Assembly: GCA_963727775.1 (NCBI GenBank)
Contig: CAVSHB010000001.1
Span: 1,056,001-1,120,000 of the forward strand
Origin: an uncultured Nitrospiraceae bacterium
GTDB taxonomy: Bacteria > Nitrospirota > Thermodesulfovibrionia > Thermodesulfovibrionales > SM23-35
Direction of reading: 5' to 3'
DNA: 64,000 nt
A program made the position numbers and the translations under genes. Positions 26,844 to 38,164 of the stretch are shown here, one piece after another; within the stretch, counting starts at the first letter, position 1, and every line of letters starts with the position of its first letter. The notes beneath the pieces were generated by a model. That model was not told the origin of the DNA. It saw only the letters and a program-made list of their open reading frames with translations, and did not search any database.

Positions 26844-29036
26844 CTACATGATAGAAGGTATCGCTGACATCAACCTGTCTCTCAATAAAGTATGCCTTTG
26901 CTGTGGTTTATCATTTTTTATTGCGATTGCTATAGCTTTCTTAGTCCCGACCAATATTACCAGTTTCTTCCCTCTTGTGATTCCTGTATAGAGAAGGTTC
27001 CTTTGCAAAAGCATGTAGTGCTGAGTAAGGATGGGCATAACAATCACAGGGTATTCACTTCCCTGGGCCTTATGCACCGATACAGCGTAAGCCATTACTA
27101 TCTCATCAAGCTCGGAATACTCGTAAGGAACAGGTCTACCCTCATAATCCACAATAATTTCCTGTTCTTCCCTGTCTATTTTGACAATCCTGCCGATGTC
27201 CCCGTTAAAAACCTCTTTGTCATAATTGTTCCTGATCTGCATGACCTTATCCCCGAGTTTTAAAACCATGCCTCCCCGTGTAAATTCATCACTTGAATGG
27301 TTCAAATGTTTCTGTAGTTCTGTATTAAGATTGGAAGTCCCTACCACTCCTCTGTGCATTGGTGTTAATACCTGAATGTCATTGACTGGATTGAACCCGA
27401 ATTTTTCCGGTATTTTTTCTTTGCATAATTCAATGATCTTCTCCAGGGCCTTTTCCGGTTCTTCAATCTCGAAAAAATAGAAATCCTGGGGATGGTCTTT
27501 GTGATAAGTAAACATAGGCATCTCCCCGTTGTTTACTCTGTGGGCATTTACAATAATCAGGCTCTCTTTTGCCTGTCGAAAAATCTCTGTCAGTCTTACT
27601 GTAGGTATGACCCCGGAATCTATGATGTCCTTTAAGACATTTCCGGCGCCTACCGAAGGCAATTGGTCAACATCCCCAACCAAAATTAATGTAGCCTTTG
27701 TTGGAACAGCCTTCAGGAAATGATACATAAGGATGGTATCCACCATAGAACACTCATCTATTACTATTAACTCTGCATCCAACGGGTTGTTCTCATCCTT
27801 CTTGAAGCCGCCTTCTTTTGGACTGAACTCAAGCAGTCTGTGGATAGTCTTTGCCTCATGACCTGTGGCCTCTGTCATCCTCTTCGCAGCTCTGCCTGTA
27901 GGGGCTGCAAGCAAAACCCTTTGACCTATTTTATTGCATATCCTTATGATGGAATTGATAATGCTTGTCTTTCCCGTGCCCGGACCTCCTGTAACAACCA
28001 TGATTTTCTTATCAATGGCTTCCATGACAGCCTGTTTCTGGTTCTCGGCAAGCTGTATCTTTAACTCTCCCTGGACCCATTCGATTGCCTCGTCCCTATC
28101 AAAAGTTTTTAGAGTTTTCGGTACAAGCATCAGATGCTTCAGTTTGTTTGATATGCCGACTTCACTGACATGTAATCTGGCCAGGTAAACAGCTTTGTTG
28201 TTCTCCTTCAATTCCCCTTCTTTATTCAAGTCCTCAATGATTATCTTCCTGTCTGAGACGATCTTTCCAAATGCCTTTATGATGGTATCGTTGTCTACAC
28301 CAAGAATCTTTTTACATTCCTCTATCAACTGCTCATATGGATAATAGACATGCCCCTCATCGGATAATTGGTGAAGGACATATAGAATTCCTGCCTCAGC
28401 CCTTATCTGTGATTCTTTAGCAATACCAAGCTTCTCCGCAATCTTGTCGGCTGTTATAAACCCGATACCGAATATATCCGTTGCAAGCCTGTAAGGGTTC
28501 TCCTGGACAATTTTTATGGATTCTTTTCCGTACTGTTTGAATATCTTGGCCCCATATGCGGGACTGACACCTTGCCCCTGAAGGAACAGCATGACTTCCC
28601 GTATTTCCTTTTGGTCATCCCAGGCCTTCCCTATCATCTCGATTCTCTTGTCCCCTATGCCTTCAACTTCATGCAACTTCTTTATATCTGTTTCGATGAT
28701 ATTCAGGGTTTCCAACCCGAATTTGGAGACAAGTCTTTTAGCCATGACAGGACCGATGCCTTTAATAAGTCCTGAGCCGAGATATCTCTCTATACCTTTG
28801 ACTGTAGCAGGGACTATAGATTCGTAAGATATTATCTTGAACTGTTCGCCGAATTTAGGGTGGTTATGCCATTCTCCTTTTAGCTTCAGTACTTCCCCGG
28901 GGCTTACGGAAAGGAGATTGCCGACTACCGTTACAAGGTCATTCCTGCCTCCGACCTTCATTTTTGCAATAGTATAGGAATTCTCTTCATTGCGGTATGT
29001 GATCCTTTCAAGTTGTCCTTTGATTTCTATGATCAC
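26844..29036 (-). CDS. recD2: RecD2 helicase
   Basis: N-terminal OB/HhH (IKGIG), GGPGTGKT, APTGRAA, IDECSM, HKAQGSE. Confidence 0.95.
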   Translation of the reverse strand: MIIEIKGQLERITYRNEENSYTIAKMKVGGRNDLVTVVGNLLSVSPGEVLKLKGEWHNHPKFGEQFKIISYESIVPATVKGIERYLGSGLIKGIGPVMAKRLVSKFGLETLNIIETDIKKLHEVEGIGDKRIEMIGKAWDDQKEIREVMLFLQGQGVSPAYGAKIFKQYGKESIKIVQENPYRLATDIFGIGFITADKIAEKLGIAKESQIRAEAGILYVLHQLSDEGHVYYPYEQLIEECKKILGVDNDTIIKAFGKIVSDRKIIIEDLNKEGELKENNKAVYLARLHVSEVGISNKLKHLMLVPKTLKTFDRDEAIEWVQGELKIQLAENQKQAVMEAIDKKIMVVTGGPGTGKTSIINSIIRICNKIGQRVLLAAPTGRAAKRMTEATGHEAKTIHRLLEFSPKEGGFKKDENNPLDAELIVIDECSMVDTILMYHFLKAVPTKATLILVGDVDQLPSVGAGNVLKDIIDSGVIPTVRLTEIFRQAKESLIIVNAHRVNNGEMPMFTYHKDHPQDFYFFEIEEPEKALEKIIELCKEKIPEKFGFNPVNDIQVLTPMHRGVVGTSNLNTELQKHLNHSSDEFTRGGMVLKLGDKVMQIRNNYDKEVFNGDIGRIVKIDREEQEIIVDYEGRPVPYEYSELDEIVMAYAVSVHKAQGSEYPVIVMPILTQHYMLLQRNLLYTGITRGKKLVILVGTKKAIAIAIKNDKPQQRHTLLRDRLMSAIPSIM

Positions 29037-29051
29037 GGTAAGCCCTTGACC

Positions 29052-29732
29052 TCAGTAGTACCGCCCCGAAGGTTTTTTGAAAAAAGAGACCAACAAAACC
29101 CCGGCGATAAAACCCCCGATGTGGCCCCACCACGCGACTCCACCGCCGGATGCGGGAAGCACCTGGGCTACTGTTCCGGAAAATAGCTGTAGCAAGAACC
29201 ACCACCCTAAAAAAAAGACCGCTGGAAGCTCTATAAACCAAGGGATAATGAATATCGGAATGAATGTCAGGATTCTTGCCCGTGGAAACAACACATAATA
29301 TGCACCCATGACCCCCGCAATGGCGCCTGAAGCGCCTATAACCGGCATTGAGGACCGTGGGCTGAAGCGTATATAGAACATGCTCGCCAGGATCCCCACG
29401 ATTAAATAAAACACAAAAAAGCGACTGTGTCCTATGCGGTCTTCCACCTTACTGCCGAATATCTTGAGAAACCACATATTGCCCAGGAAATGTAGCCATC
29501 CGCCGTGCAGGAACATCGTGGTCAGGAACGACAGATAATGCATAAGAGGAAGCCTGTGAATGTTGCGTTTTGTATATTCAATAGGAACAATCCCGAAATA
29601 ATATGTGAACTGTTCAAGGAGTTCCTGGGGCAAGGTGGTTTCAAACAGGAAAATAATTCCGCACAGTATTATTAGCATCCATGTGGTTGATGGGAATGTT
29701 CTATTTGGTACTGTATCCCGGATCGGAAACAT
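29052..29732 (-). CDS. Rhomboid intramembrane serine protease
   Basis: HFLGNM, GASG, AWWGHIGG. Confidence 0.93.
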   Translation of the reverse strand: MFPIRDTVPNRTFPSTTWMLIILCGIIFLFETTLPQELLEQFTYYFGIVPIEYTKRNIHRLPLMHYLSFLTTMFLHGGWLHFLGNMWFLKIFGSKVEDRIGHSRFFVFYLIVGILASMFYIRFSPRSSMPVIGASGAIAGVMGAYYVLFPRARILTFIPIFIIPWFIELPAVFFLGWWFLLQLFSGTVAQVLPASGGGVAWWGHIGGFIAGVLLVSFFKKPSGRYY

Positions 29733-29856
29733 ATCGGATTATCCTACTATAAGGTATCAGCCATTTACGGCATCAACTGAGAATGGAGGATCAGAAATTA
29801 TTCTCATGTTTCATCTTTCATTTTCTAAGAGATGTCTTCAATAAATGCAGAAAGCA

Positions 29857-30270
29857 TTATTTTGGCACTTCAATATTTTCATATCCCTTACCGGCTTCAG
29901 CCATAATTCGGATGCGTTCCGGTTTCAGTCGAATGACAACATATGTAGGTTCAGCCGGGTCTTTAATATATTTTTTTAAAATTGGCACGGCTTCATACAG
30001 TTTCAACTTATCATCGTTGTCGGTGCTGATGGTGCAGGCTCCTGCAATTCTGACATGCTTTCCTTCTCTATCGCTGAAACAGTATTCAGCATAAGGGACC
30101 TTCCTGAGCTGCATGATTTTTTCCGTTCCATCCGTGGTTGCACTCCATAACTCGCTGCTCATCCATATACAACTGCCCATGGGTCGAACACCCACCTTAT
30201 TTCCGTCGCTTGTAGCAAGAAATCCCCATCCGATTTCTTTCACGAAATTCTTAACTGTTTCGAAGTTCAT
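29857..30270 (-). CDS. Pyridoxamine 5'-phosphate oxidase-like FMN-binding protein
   Basis: FLAT...VRPM...K..QL...P split-barrel pattern. Confidence 0.8.
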   Translation of the reverse strand: MNFETVKNFVKEIGWGFLATSDGNKVGVRPMGSCIWMSSELWSATTDGTEKIMQLRKVPYAEYCFSDREGKHVRIAGACTISTDNDDKLKLYEAVPILKKYIKDPAEPTYVVIRLKPERIRIMAEAGKGYENIEVPK

Positions 30271-30418
30271 AGCCCATCTCCTTGGTATAATATTTTCTTC
30301 ATCACTTCCTCATCTTGTTTCCTATCCTAAATTCAGTCAGCAGATCCGAAGCACGTAAAGATTTTAGCATCATATATGTCATGTTTTCTTATACTTCATA
30401 TGCAAAGGCTCACTGTGA

Positions 30419-33400
30419 CTATCTGTCTGTATCGCTATCCAGAATCTCTCTCACCTTTCTTAAAAGGACCTGAGGTGAGATCGGCTTGTGAATAAACACG
30501 GAACCCTCAAACAGATTTCCCTTCTGTTGAATAATGTCAGCGGTATACCCACTTGTAAAGATCACTTTTATGTCAGGACTTATCTTCCTTATTTCCTTAA
30601 ATACCTCTTTGCCATTCTTCTTTGGCATTATCATGTCGAGAATTACAAGCTTAATTCTATCTTTATATCTTTTGAATTTGACTATCGCGTCTTCTCCGTC
30701 TGTTGCCTCGATAATTTTATATCCGAATTCCTCAAGCATCGCTTTGGCGCTTGCTCTCACTTCACCATTGTCCTCTGCTAAAAGTATTGTCTCTATACCC
30801 CTCTTAATTATATCAGCAACTTCAGGTTGTGCCTCTTCTGTTTTTGTCCATATCAGGGGCAAATAAATATTGAATGTCGTCCCTTTCTCAGGTTCACCAT
30901 AAACTTCAATGTATCCGCCATGCTGTTTGATTATCCCGTATACCATGGAGAGCCCAAGTCCAGTCCCCTTGCCCACTTCCTTTGTTGTAAAGAAGGGCTC
31001 AAATATCCTGTCCCTTGTCCGTTCATCCATTCCTATGCCGGTATCACTAACTGAAATAAGGGCGTACCTCCCCGTCTTTCCATATCCATGTGTCTTTACA
31101 AATGTTTCATCGAGGTCTGCAATCTTTGTCTCTATCTCGAATTTCCCACCGTGAGGCATAGCGTCCCTGGCATTTGTTGCAAGATTCATAAATATTTGCT
31201 CTATCTGTAAAGGGTCTGCCATTACGGTCAAATCTCCCTCAGTAAGCACAGTCTTTAGCTCAATGTCCTCCCTGATAACCCTTGCCAGTAGTTTCTCCGC
31301 TTTCCTTATAATTCCATTAATATCTACCGATTTTGTATTCATTATTTGTTTCCTGCTGAAGGCGAGAAGACTATGGATCAGATTCGCTGCCCTGTCCGAT
31401 GATGAAAGAATATGATCGGCATACGTACTTAAGGGGTCATCCTTTCTCAGCTTCATCTTTAAAAGAGAACCGTAAGAGATTATTGCTGTTAGGATATTGT
31501 TGAAATCATGGGCAATACCTCCTGCAAGTTCACCAACTGCCTCCATTTTTTGAGCTTGCAGCAGTTGATGATGCAGCTTCTCTTTCTCATCTTCTATCTT
31601 TTTGCGCACAATGATACCAGCCAGGGTATCGGCAACAGCAAGAAGGAATTCTTCCTCTCTTTTGTCTCTTATATGCCCTTCTTTTAGATAGATATTCAGG
31701 GCTCCCAGCGTTCTGCCTCTGAACAAAATGGGCACAGAGTAATGACCGTGAGGCTGTATCCCTTCATAGCAGATTTCATGACGTTCATCGACATGATCGG
31801 CAAACTGTATTTTTTGGGTCTGCGCTGCCTTTCCACAAAGGCATTTTCCAAAAGGAACTCGCACGCATATTTTTTCCAGCGGTTCGGGAATATTGCTTTG
31901 GGCTTTCATCACCAAAACATCTGCGTCATCTTCCACGAGAGATATACTGCCAATTGCTTCAAAAGCAATCCAGGGGACTGCAAGTATCATATTCAATGCC
32001 TTCTGTAAGATCTCATCTAATGGTATATTTTCCAGTGATTCACTCAGAATCATGTTGATCGTAGTCTCGATAAAGTAGTTATCATGAAGCTCTGCTTCTG
32101 ATGCCAGCAGCGCCTTCTCTGCTTTTTTGCGCTTTGTGATATCCCTGAATATCCCTCTGCAGGAAACAAATTTCCCGTCTTTGAACGAGGGACTCATATT
32201 ACCTTCTATATATAATTCTCTTCCATCTTTTGAAACATAAATAGTCTCCATCTGTTCAATAGTTTCACCTTTTGCAATTCTTCTGAAATTCTCCATGCAA
32301 TGAGATATTTGTTCTTTCTTAACAATATCGGTGAAGTGCAGTCGTTTTGTTTCCTCTTCCGTGAATCCTAATATCTCAAGCCATTTTCGGTTCACATATA
32401 AATACTTACCTTCTGCGTCAACGATTTGGATCAGATCGTTGGCGTTTTCAAAGAGATCCTTAAATCTCTCTTCACTTTCCTTTAGTGCCTTTTCTGTATT
32501 CTTCCGCTCGGTGATATCATCTCCGGAACTGAGTGTCCCGGCAATATTTCCTGATTCATCTTTTAATACAGTATTGTGCCAAGCGATAATCTTCTCTGCT
32601 CCACTTTTTGTCAAAACTGAGTTTTCAAAATATTCAACTGCCTCAACTTCTCCCGCTATTATCTTTGCAAAAACAGTTTTAACGCTATCCCTATCCTGTT
32701 CTGGCACAAAATTATCAGACCAGTTCTTACCAAGAATTTCTTGTTCGGAATAGCCCAAGATGTCACTTCCCTTTTTATTTATAAGCGTGACTTTTTGTTC
32801 AGCATCAATGGCCAACAGAATTACACTCGCAACATCAAGATATGTTTGTGCCTTATCTCTTTCTTTTCGTAGCGTTTCTTTTATTAATTTGCGCTGGATA
32901 ATTCTCCACATCCCTTCCATCAAGAGTGTCAGTTGCCGAACATCCGCTACATCATAGTCAGAAAGCTTATTGCTTACTCCCGCAACGATTACTATGTGAT
33001 CTCCATCAAAAATGGGAACATTCATATGGCGTGTGAGTTCGACGTGATCTTTGGGATAACCCTTCTTCGACTGATTTGGAGCAGTGTAATCATTGGTGAT
33101 GATTGGCTTGCGCTGGCGTACCGCTTCTCCCCAGAGTCCGGGTGTTTCAACTGGATAAATTATGGGCTTATCCGCAATGCGACATTCTTCCAGTACACTT
33201 TTTGACCAAGAGTACATTGTTAACACCGTCTCATCATCATTCATGAATGCAAGATATCCAAGTTTGCTTTCCGTCAGGCGAATCGCTTCTTCCAAGGCAA
33301 AATCCGATACCTCCTTAAATGACGCATCCGGCATATGGTTCAACGTCAGCAGAGCCTCCAAGCGGGATTCATTTAATCTCAAAGATTTTTCTGCTATCTT

Positions 33401-34561
33401 GCGCTCCGTGATATCACGGGTAACGCTTAGGACTAATTTTTTATCGTCTACTTCAATAATGCGAGCATGTACTTCAATCGGTAATATAGATCCATCTTTA
33501 CGGAAATGAGCAGATTCAAAGGTGACTTCACCCTTTTCCATGAGTTCTTGCATTCGTAGATCAACGAGTTTTGCATACTCTGGATTGTCAAAATCCTTAA
33601 GGTTCATTGCCATCAACTCACCTTTAGTATATCCACGAGATTTGTAAGCCGCTCCATTTATGTAAATTAAATTACCTCCAAGATCAAGCAAAAAGATTGA
33701 ATCGGTAGCAGCATCCAAAAGTTGTGCTTCTAATTTCAGCGCCTCTTCAGAACGTTTACGTTCTGTTATGTCTCTAACAGCAGATAGAATCATTGGTTTT
33801 CCATGAAGCTCAAATAACCGGTTACTGATCTCGACAGGAATCTTACGCCCATCTTTGCTCACGTGAATGCCTTCCCAAGTGGCATGTCCTTCTTCGAATA
33901 GTTTCCTTAAAATTGTAGGAACATTTGCAAGAGTTTCTTGAGCGTCAATTTGGTGAACATTCATTTGTAATAGTTCCTCACGGCTATAACCCAGATAGTG
34001 GCAGGCTCTATCGTTCACTTCAATGATGCGGCCTGAAGCACTGGCATCCGGCATGACTTCATGCACAAATATTGCGTCACTGACGTTATTGAAAAGTAAC
34101 CGACACCGTTCCTCTCTCTCACGTAACTTCTGGTTTGTTTGTTTACGTTCAGTAACGTCTCTCACTACTTCGATGCCCGCTATGATTTCCCCTTTTGAAT
34201 CTTTCAAAGGAGATGTTGTAATCTCCAAATATCTTGTTCCCATATCAGTATATAGTTCCCTTTGCACTGCGTGAACTTTGCCATCCCTGAAAGTGAGAGC
34301 TACAGGACACCCACCGCATATACCCTCTTTTTTCGCATATGCCTTATAACAGTACTCCCCTACGTGGTCTCCCATCATATCTTTATGGACTTGATTCTCA
34401 TAAAGAACCCTGAAAGTCCTGTCCACAACAGCGATACCATCTCCTATTGCTGCAAGCATTCCTTCTGACTTAGCTATCTCTTTGATCACACGTACAGTAG
34501 TTTTTCTTGCAGTCTCTTTGATTTGTTCTCTTTCGGAGTTTGGTTTTTTCATTTCAGTCAC
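30419..34561 (-). CDS. Hybrid sensor kinase (PASx3-GAF-PASx2-GAF-HisKA-HATPase-REC)
   Basis: PAS/PAC repeats, [21 protein letters not shown]. Confidence 0.92.
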   Translation of the reverse strand: MTEMKKPNSEREQIKETARKTTVRVIKEIAKSEGMLAAIGDGIAVVDRTFRVLYENQVHKDMMGDHVGEYCYKAYAKKEGICGGCPVALTFRDGKVHAVQRELYTDMGTRYLEITTSPLKDSKGEIIAGIEVVRDVTERKQTNQKLREREERCRLLFNNVSDAIFVHEVMPDASASGRIIEVNDRACHYLGYSREELLQMNVHQIDAQETLANVPTILRKLFEEGHATWEGIHVSKDGRKIPVEISNRLFELHGKPMILSAVRDITERKRSEEALKLEAQLLDAATDSIFLLDLGGNLIYINGAAYKSRGYTKGELMAMNLKDFDNPEYAKLVDLRMQELMEKGEVTFESAHFRKDGSILPIEVHARIIEVDDKKLVLSVTRDITERKIAEKSLRLNESRLEALLTLNHMPDASFKEVSDFALEEAIRLTESKLGYLAFMNDDETVLTMYSWSKSVLEECRIADKPIIYPVETPGLWGEAVRQRKPIITNDYTAPNQSKKGYPKDHVELTRHMNVPIFDGDHIVIVAGVSNKLSDYDVADVRQLTLLMEGMWRIIQRKLIKETLRKERDKAQTYLDVASVILLAIDAEQKVTLINKKGSDILGYSEQEILGKNWSDNFVPEQDRDSVKTVFAKIIAGEVEAVEYFENSVLTKSGAEKIIAWHNTVLKDESGNIAGTLSSGDDITERKNTEKALKESEERFKDLFENANDLIQIVDAEGKYLYVNRKWLEILGFTEEETKRLHFTDIVKKEQISHCMENFRRIAKGETIEQMETIYVSKDGRELYIEGNMSPSFKDGKFVSCRGIFRDITKRKKAEKALLASEAELHDNYFIETTINMILSESLENIPLDEILQKALNMILAVPWIAFEAIGSISLVEDDADVLVMKAQSNIPEPLEKICVRVPFGKCLCGKAAQTQKIQFADHVDERHEICYEGIQPHGHYSVPILFRGRTLGALNIYLKEGHIRDKREEEFLLAVADTLAGIIVRKKIEDEKEKLHHQLLQAQKMEAVGELAGGIAHDFNNILTAIISYGSLLKMKLRKDDPLSTYADHILSSSDRAANLIHSLLAFSRKQIMNTKSVDINGIIRKAEKLLARVIREDIELKTVLTEGDLTVMADPLQIEQIFMNLATNARDAMPHGGKFEIETKIADLDETFVKTHGYGKTGRYALISVSDTGIGMDERTRDRIFEPFFTTKEVGKGTGLGLSMVYGIIKQHGGYIEVYGEPEKGTTFNIYLPLIWTKTEEAQPEVADIIKRGIETILLAEDNGEVRASAKAMLEEFGYKIIEATDGEDAIVKFKRYKDRIKLVILDMIMPKKNGKEVFKEIRKISPDIKVIFTSGYTADIIQQKGNLFEGSVFIHKPISPQVLLRKVREILDSDTDR

Positions 34562-34872
34562 CTAATACCTACCGCTGCAAATTCTCCACCTATATGGTTA
34601 GAACTTTAGCCATATTTTACAGGTATTTCTTATTTTATAGATATAGCTTGAACTGTTGCATTAATGATATGAAGTTCAAAATTTTTTTAGGAAGCAACTC
34701 ACCCCCATCACTGGAAGCATTAGGTTGTGAGTTATTTTTCGTAAGCAGCAAGGGATATACGAATCTGCCTGAATCCTCTGACATGAGAAAAAGAAGAAAA
34801 CCCCTGATATTAAGGCAATAGTTTATAATATCAAGGGCTTGGGTAAATTAGCGGCAAAGGGCTATTTTGTTA

Positions 34873-34923
34873 TTAGTATCCAGTGGGTAACTCCGTAGGG
34901 GGGCAACTCCCCTTTCGCCACCA
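34873..34923 (+). repeat. Degenerate 3' half of tRNA-Leu (attR-like)
   Basis: TTAGTATCCAGTGGGTAACTCCGTAGGGGGGCAACTCCCCTTTCGCCACCA versus tRNA TTAGGATCCAGTGGGGCAACCTGTGGGGGTTCAAATCCCC...TCGCACCA. Confidence 0.75.
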
Positions 34924-34941
34924 CCAATAGAGTCAGCTTGA

Positions 34942-36057
<1,116 letters not shown>

Positions 36058-36072
36058 GGTCATTATAGGCAG

Positions 36073-37428
36073 CTACAGAATCGGCAGATATCTTTCTATT
36101 TCGTAGGGGTGGATTCTTATACGGTAGTCATCCCACTCGACCTTCTTGCTTGTTATAAACTGTTCAAAGATGTGGTCGCCGAGCGTCTCTCTCAGGAGTT
36201 CACTTTTTTCAGCATATTCTATCGCCCTGTAAAGATTTCCAGGCAAAGTCTCGATGTTATATCTCTGCCTCTCGTCCCCTGACAGATGGTAAACGTCCAT
36301 TTCTACAGGGTCAGGCAGCGTATACCCTTTCTCTACGCCTTCAAGCCCTGCGTTCAGCATACAGGCAAAGGCCAGGTAAGGGTTACAGGAAGGGTCCGGT
36401 GAGCGAAGTTCAATGCGGGTCGCCTTTTCCTTCCCGGGCTTGTAGAGCGGTACCCTCACGAGTGTCGACCTGTTTCGCCGGGCCCAGCATATATATACGG
36501 GAGCTTCATAACCGGGTACAAGCCTCTTGTAAGAGTTGACCCATTGGTTCAGGACCAGGGTTATTTCCTTTATATGGGTAAGGAGTCCGGCAATATATTT
36601 CTTGGCTGTGTCGGAGAGAAAATACTGGTCCTTCGGGTCGAAGAAGGCGTTTTGATTTCCCTTAAACAGGGACTGGTGCGTGTGCATGCCGCTTCCGTTC
36701 TGGCCGAATATGGGTTTCGGCATGAAGGTGGCATAGACGTTATATTGCTTGGCTATTTCCTTTACGGTAATCCTGTGGGTCATAACGATATCGGCCATTG
36801 TCAATGCGTCCTCATACCGCAGGTCTATTTCATGCTGTGAATGTGCAACCTCATGATGGGAATATTCAACCTGGATCCCCATTGTTTCCAAAGCGAGGAT
36901 GGTGTCACGCCTGAGATCTTCCGCGGCATCAAGCGGATAATCGAAGTACCCGCCTTCATCGAGCGTTTCGGTGTTTTTATCGGTTTTAAAATAGAAATAC
37001 TCAAGTTCAGGTCCTACGTGAAAAGAAAACCCCTTCTGTTTTGCCTTTTCGAGGTTTACCTTAAGGATGTACCGGGGGTCGCCCTTATACGGTGACCCGT
37101 CAGGCTCGTAAATATCGCAGAACATCCTCGCAACCGCTTTTTCCTTGGGCCTCCACGGGAGCATAGCAAAGGTGGAAGGGTCGGGTCTTGCGATCATGTC
37201 GCTCTCGTCGATCCTTGCAAAGCCCTTAATAGAGGAACCGTCAAAGCCCATCCCCTCATTAAAGGCGAGCTCAAGTTCATCAACGGGGACCGCGAAACTC
37301 TTCAGCTGGCCGTGAATGTCGGTGAACCAGAGCCTTACAAATTTCACGTCATATTGCTTTACGAGTTCCATCACATCTTTTCTGTCCCTCGTTTTTTTCG
37401 TGATATTCTTGATTTTTGTATTAGCCAC
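36073..37428 (-). CDS. glnA: Glutamine synthetase type I (short, GSI-alpha-like)
   Basis: FDGSSI, HHEV, ATFMPKP, NGSGMH, RLVPGYEAP, IELRSPD. Confidence 0.92.
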   Translation of the reverse strand: MANTKIKNITKKTRDRKDVMELVKQYDVKFVRLWFTDIHGQLKSFAVPVDELELAFNEGMGFDGSSIKGFARIDESDMIARPDPSTFAMLPWRPKEKAVARMFCDIYEPDGSPYKGDPRYILKVNLEKAKQKGFSFHVGPELEYFYFKTDKNTETLDEGGYFDYPLDAAEDLRRDTILALETMGIQVEYSHHEVAHSQHEIDLRYEDALTMADIVMTHRITVKEIAKQYNVYATFMPKPIFGQNGSGMHTHQSLFKGNQNAFFDPKDQYFLSDTAKKYIAGLLTHIKEITLVLNQWVNSYKRLVPGYEAPVYICWARRNRSTLVRVPLYKPGKEKATRIELRSPDPSCNPYLAFACMLNAGLEGVEKGYTLPDPVEMDVYHLSGDERQRYNIETLPGNLYRAIEYAEKSELLRETLGDHIFEQFITSKKVEWDDYRIRIHPYEIERYLPIL

Positions 37429-37460
37429 AGTAACCTCCTTATGTTAAACTTTGTAACCGG

Positions 37461-38156
37461 TTACCCTTTCGGGAAAAAAGCCTGATAGAAATTCATTGCC
37501 CTGCCGGAGTATTCTTCATGGATATTTTCTGTGTCCTCTATCATCTTTTTTGCATCTGGACTGTCTTTAAACCATTCTGCGATAACATCTTTGGTGACCT
37601 CCATATGGAACTGGAAACCGTATATATTATCGGCAAACCTGAAAGCCTGATTTTTATACAGACTGGAGCTTGCCAATAATACGGCGCCGGGAGGCAGGTC
37701 GAATGTATCGCCGTGCCAGTGGAAGACCTTGAACTTCCTCCAGAAGTCTCCTACCTGGGGGTGGATCGCGATCCTTCTGATGAGAGGGTCTTTAAGCCCT
37801 TCTCCCGTGAGCTCGATATGGTACCACCCGATTTCTTTCTCCGGGCCGGGATAAACTTCAGCTCCAAGACAACGTGCGATCATCTGAGAGCCGAGGCATA
37901 TTCCGAGGACTTTCATGTCCCTGTTTATGGCCTCTCTGATGATACGCGACCCTACCAAGAGGTGGGGATATTTTCCCATTTCGTATACGCCCATAGGCCC
38001 GCCCAATACTATGAGTGTATCGAATCTTTCCAACAAAGGAGGTGTCTCTCCCGAACCGAGTTCGACGATTGCAAAGGGAATGTCCTTTGCTCTGAGGAAA
38101 TCCTCAATTGTCCCGGGTCCTTCAGAGGGAATGTTCTTAAGTATTAAAACAGCCAT
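37461..38156 (-). CDS. Class I glutamine amidotransferase
   Basis: LGGPMG, GICLG, QFHME. Confidence 0.92.
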   Translation of the reverse strand: MAVLILKNIPSEGPGTIEDFLRAKDIPFAIVELGSGETPPLLERFDTLIVLGGPMGVYEMGKYPHLLVGSRIIREAINRDMKVLGICLGSQMIARCLGAEVYPGPEKEIGWYHIELTGEGLKDPLIRRIAIHPQVGDFWRKFKVFHWHGDTFDLPPGAVLLASSSLYKNQAFRFADNIYGFQFHMEVTKDVIAEWFKDSPDAKKMIEDTENIHEEYSGRAMNFYQAFFPKG

Positions 38157-38164
38157 ATGTTTTT

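Larger units (their letters stand above)
25386..34923. mobile_element. Integrase-less genomic island in tRNA-Leu
   Basis: Bounded by the tRNA 3' half and its degenerate direct repeat. Confidence 0.6.

Noticed and set aside
17606..34694. Extra N36-motif candidates at 17606, 21069, 24250 and 34648
   Set aside because: Box spacing is 40-46 rather than 43 and the arms are weak, so they were not counted.
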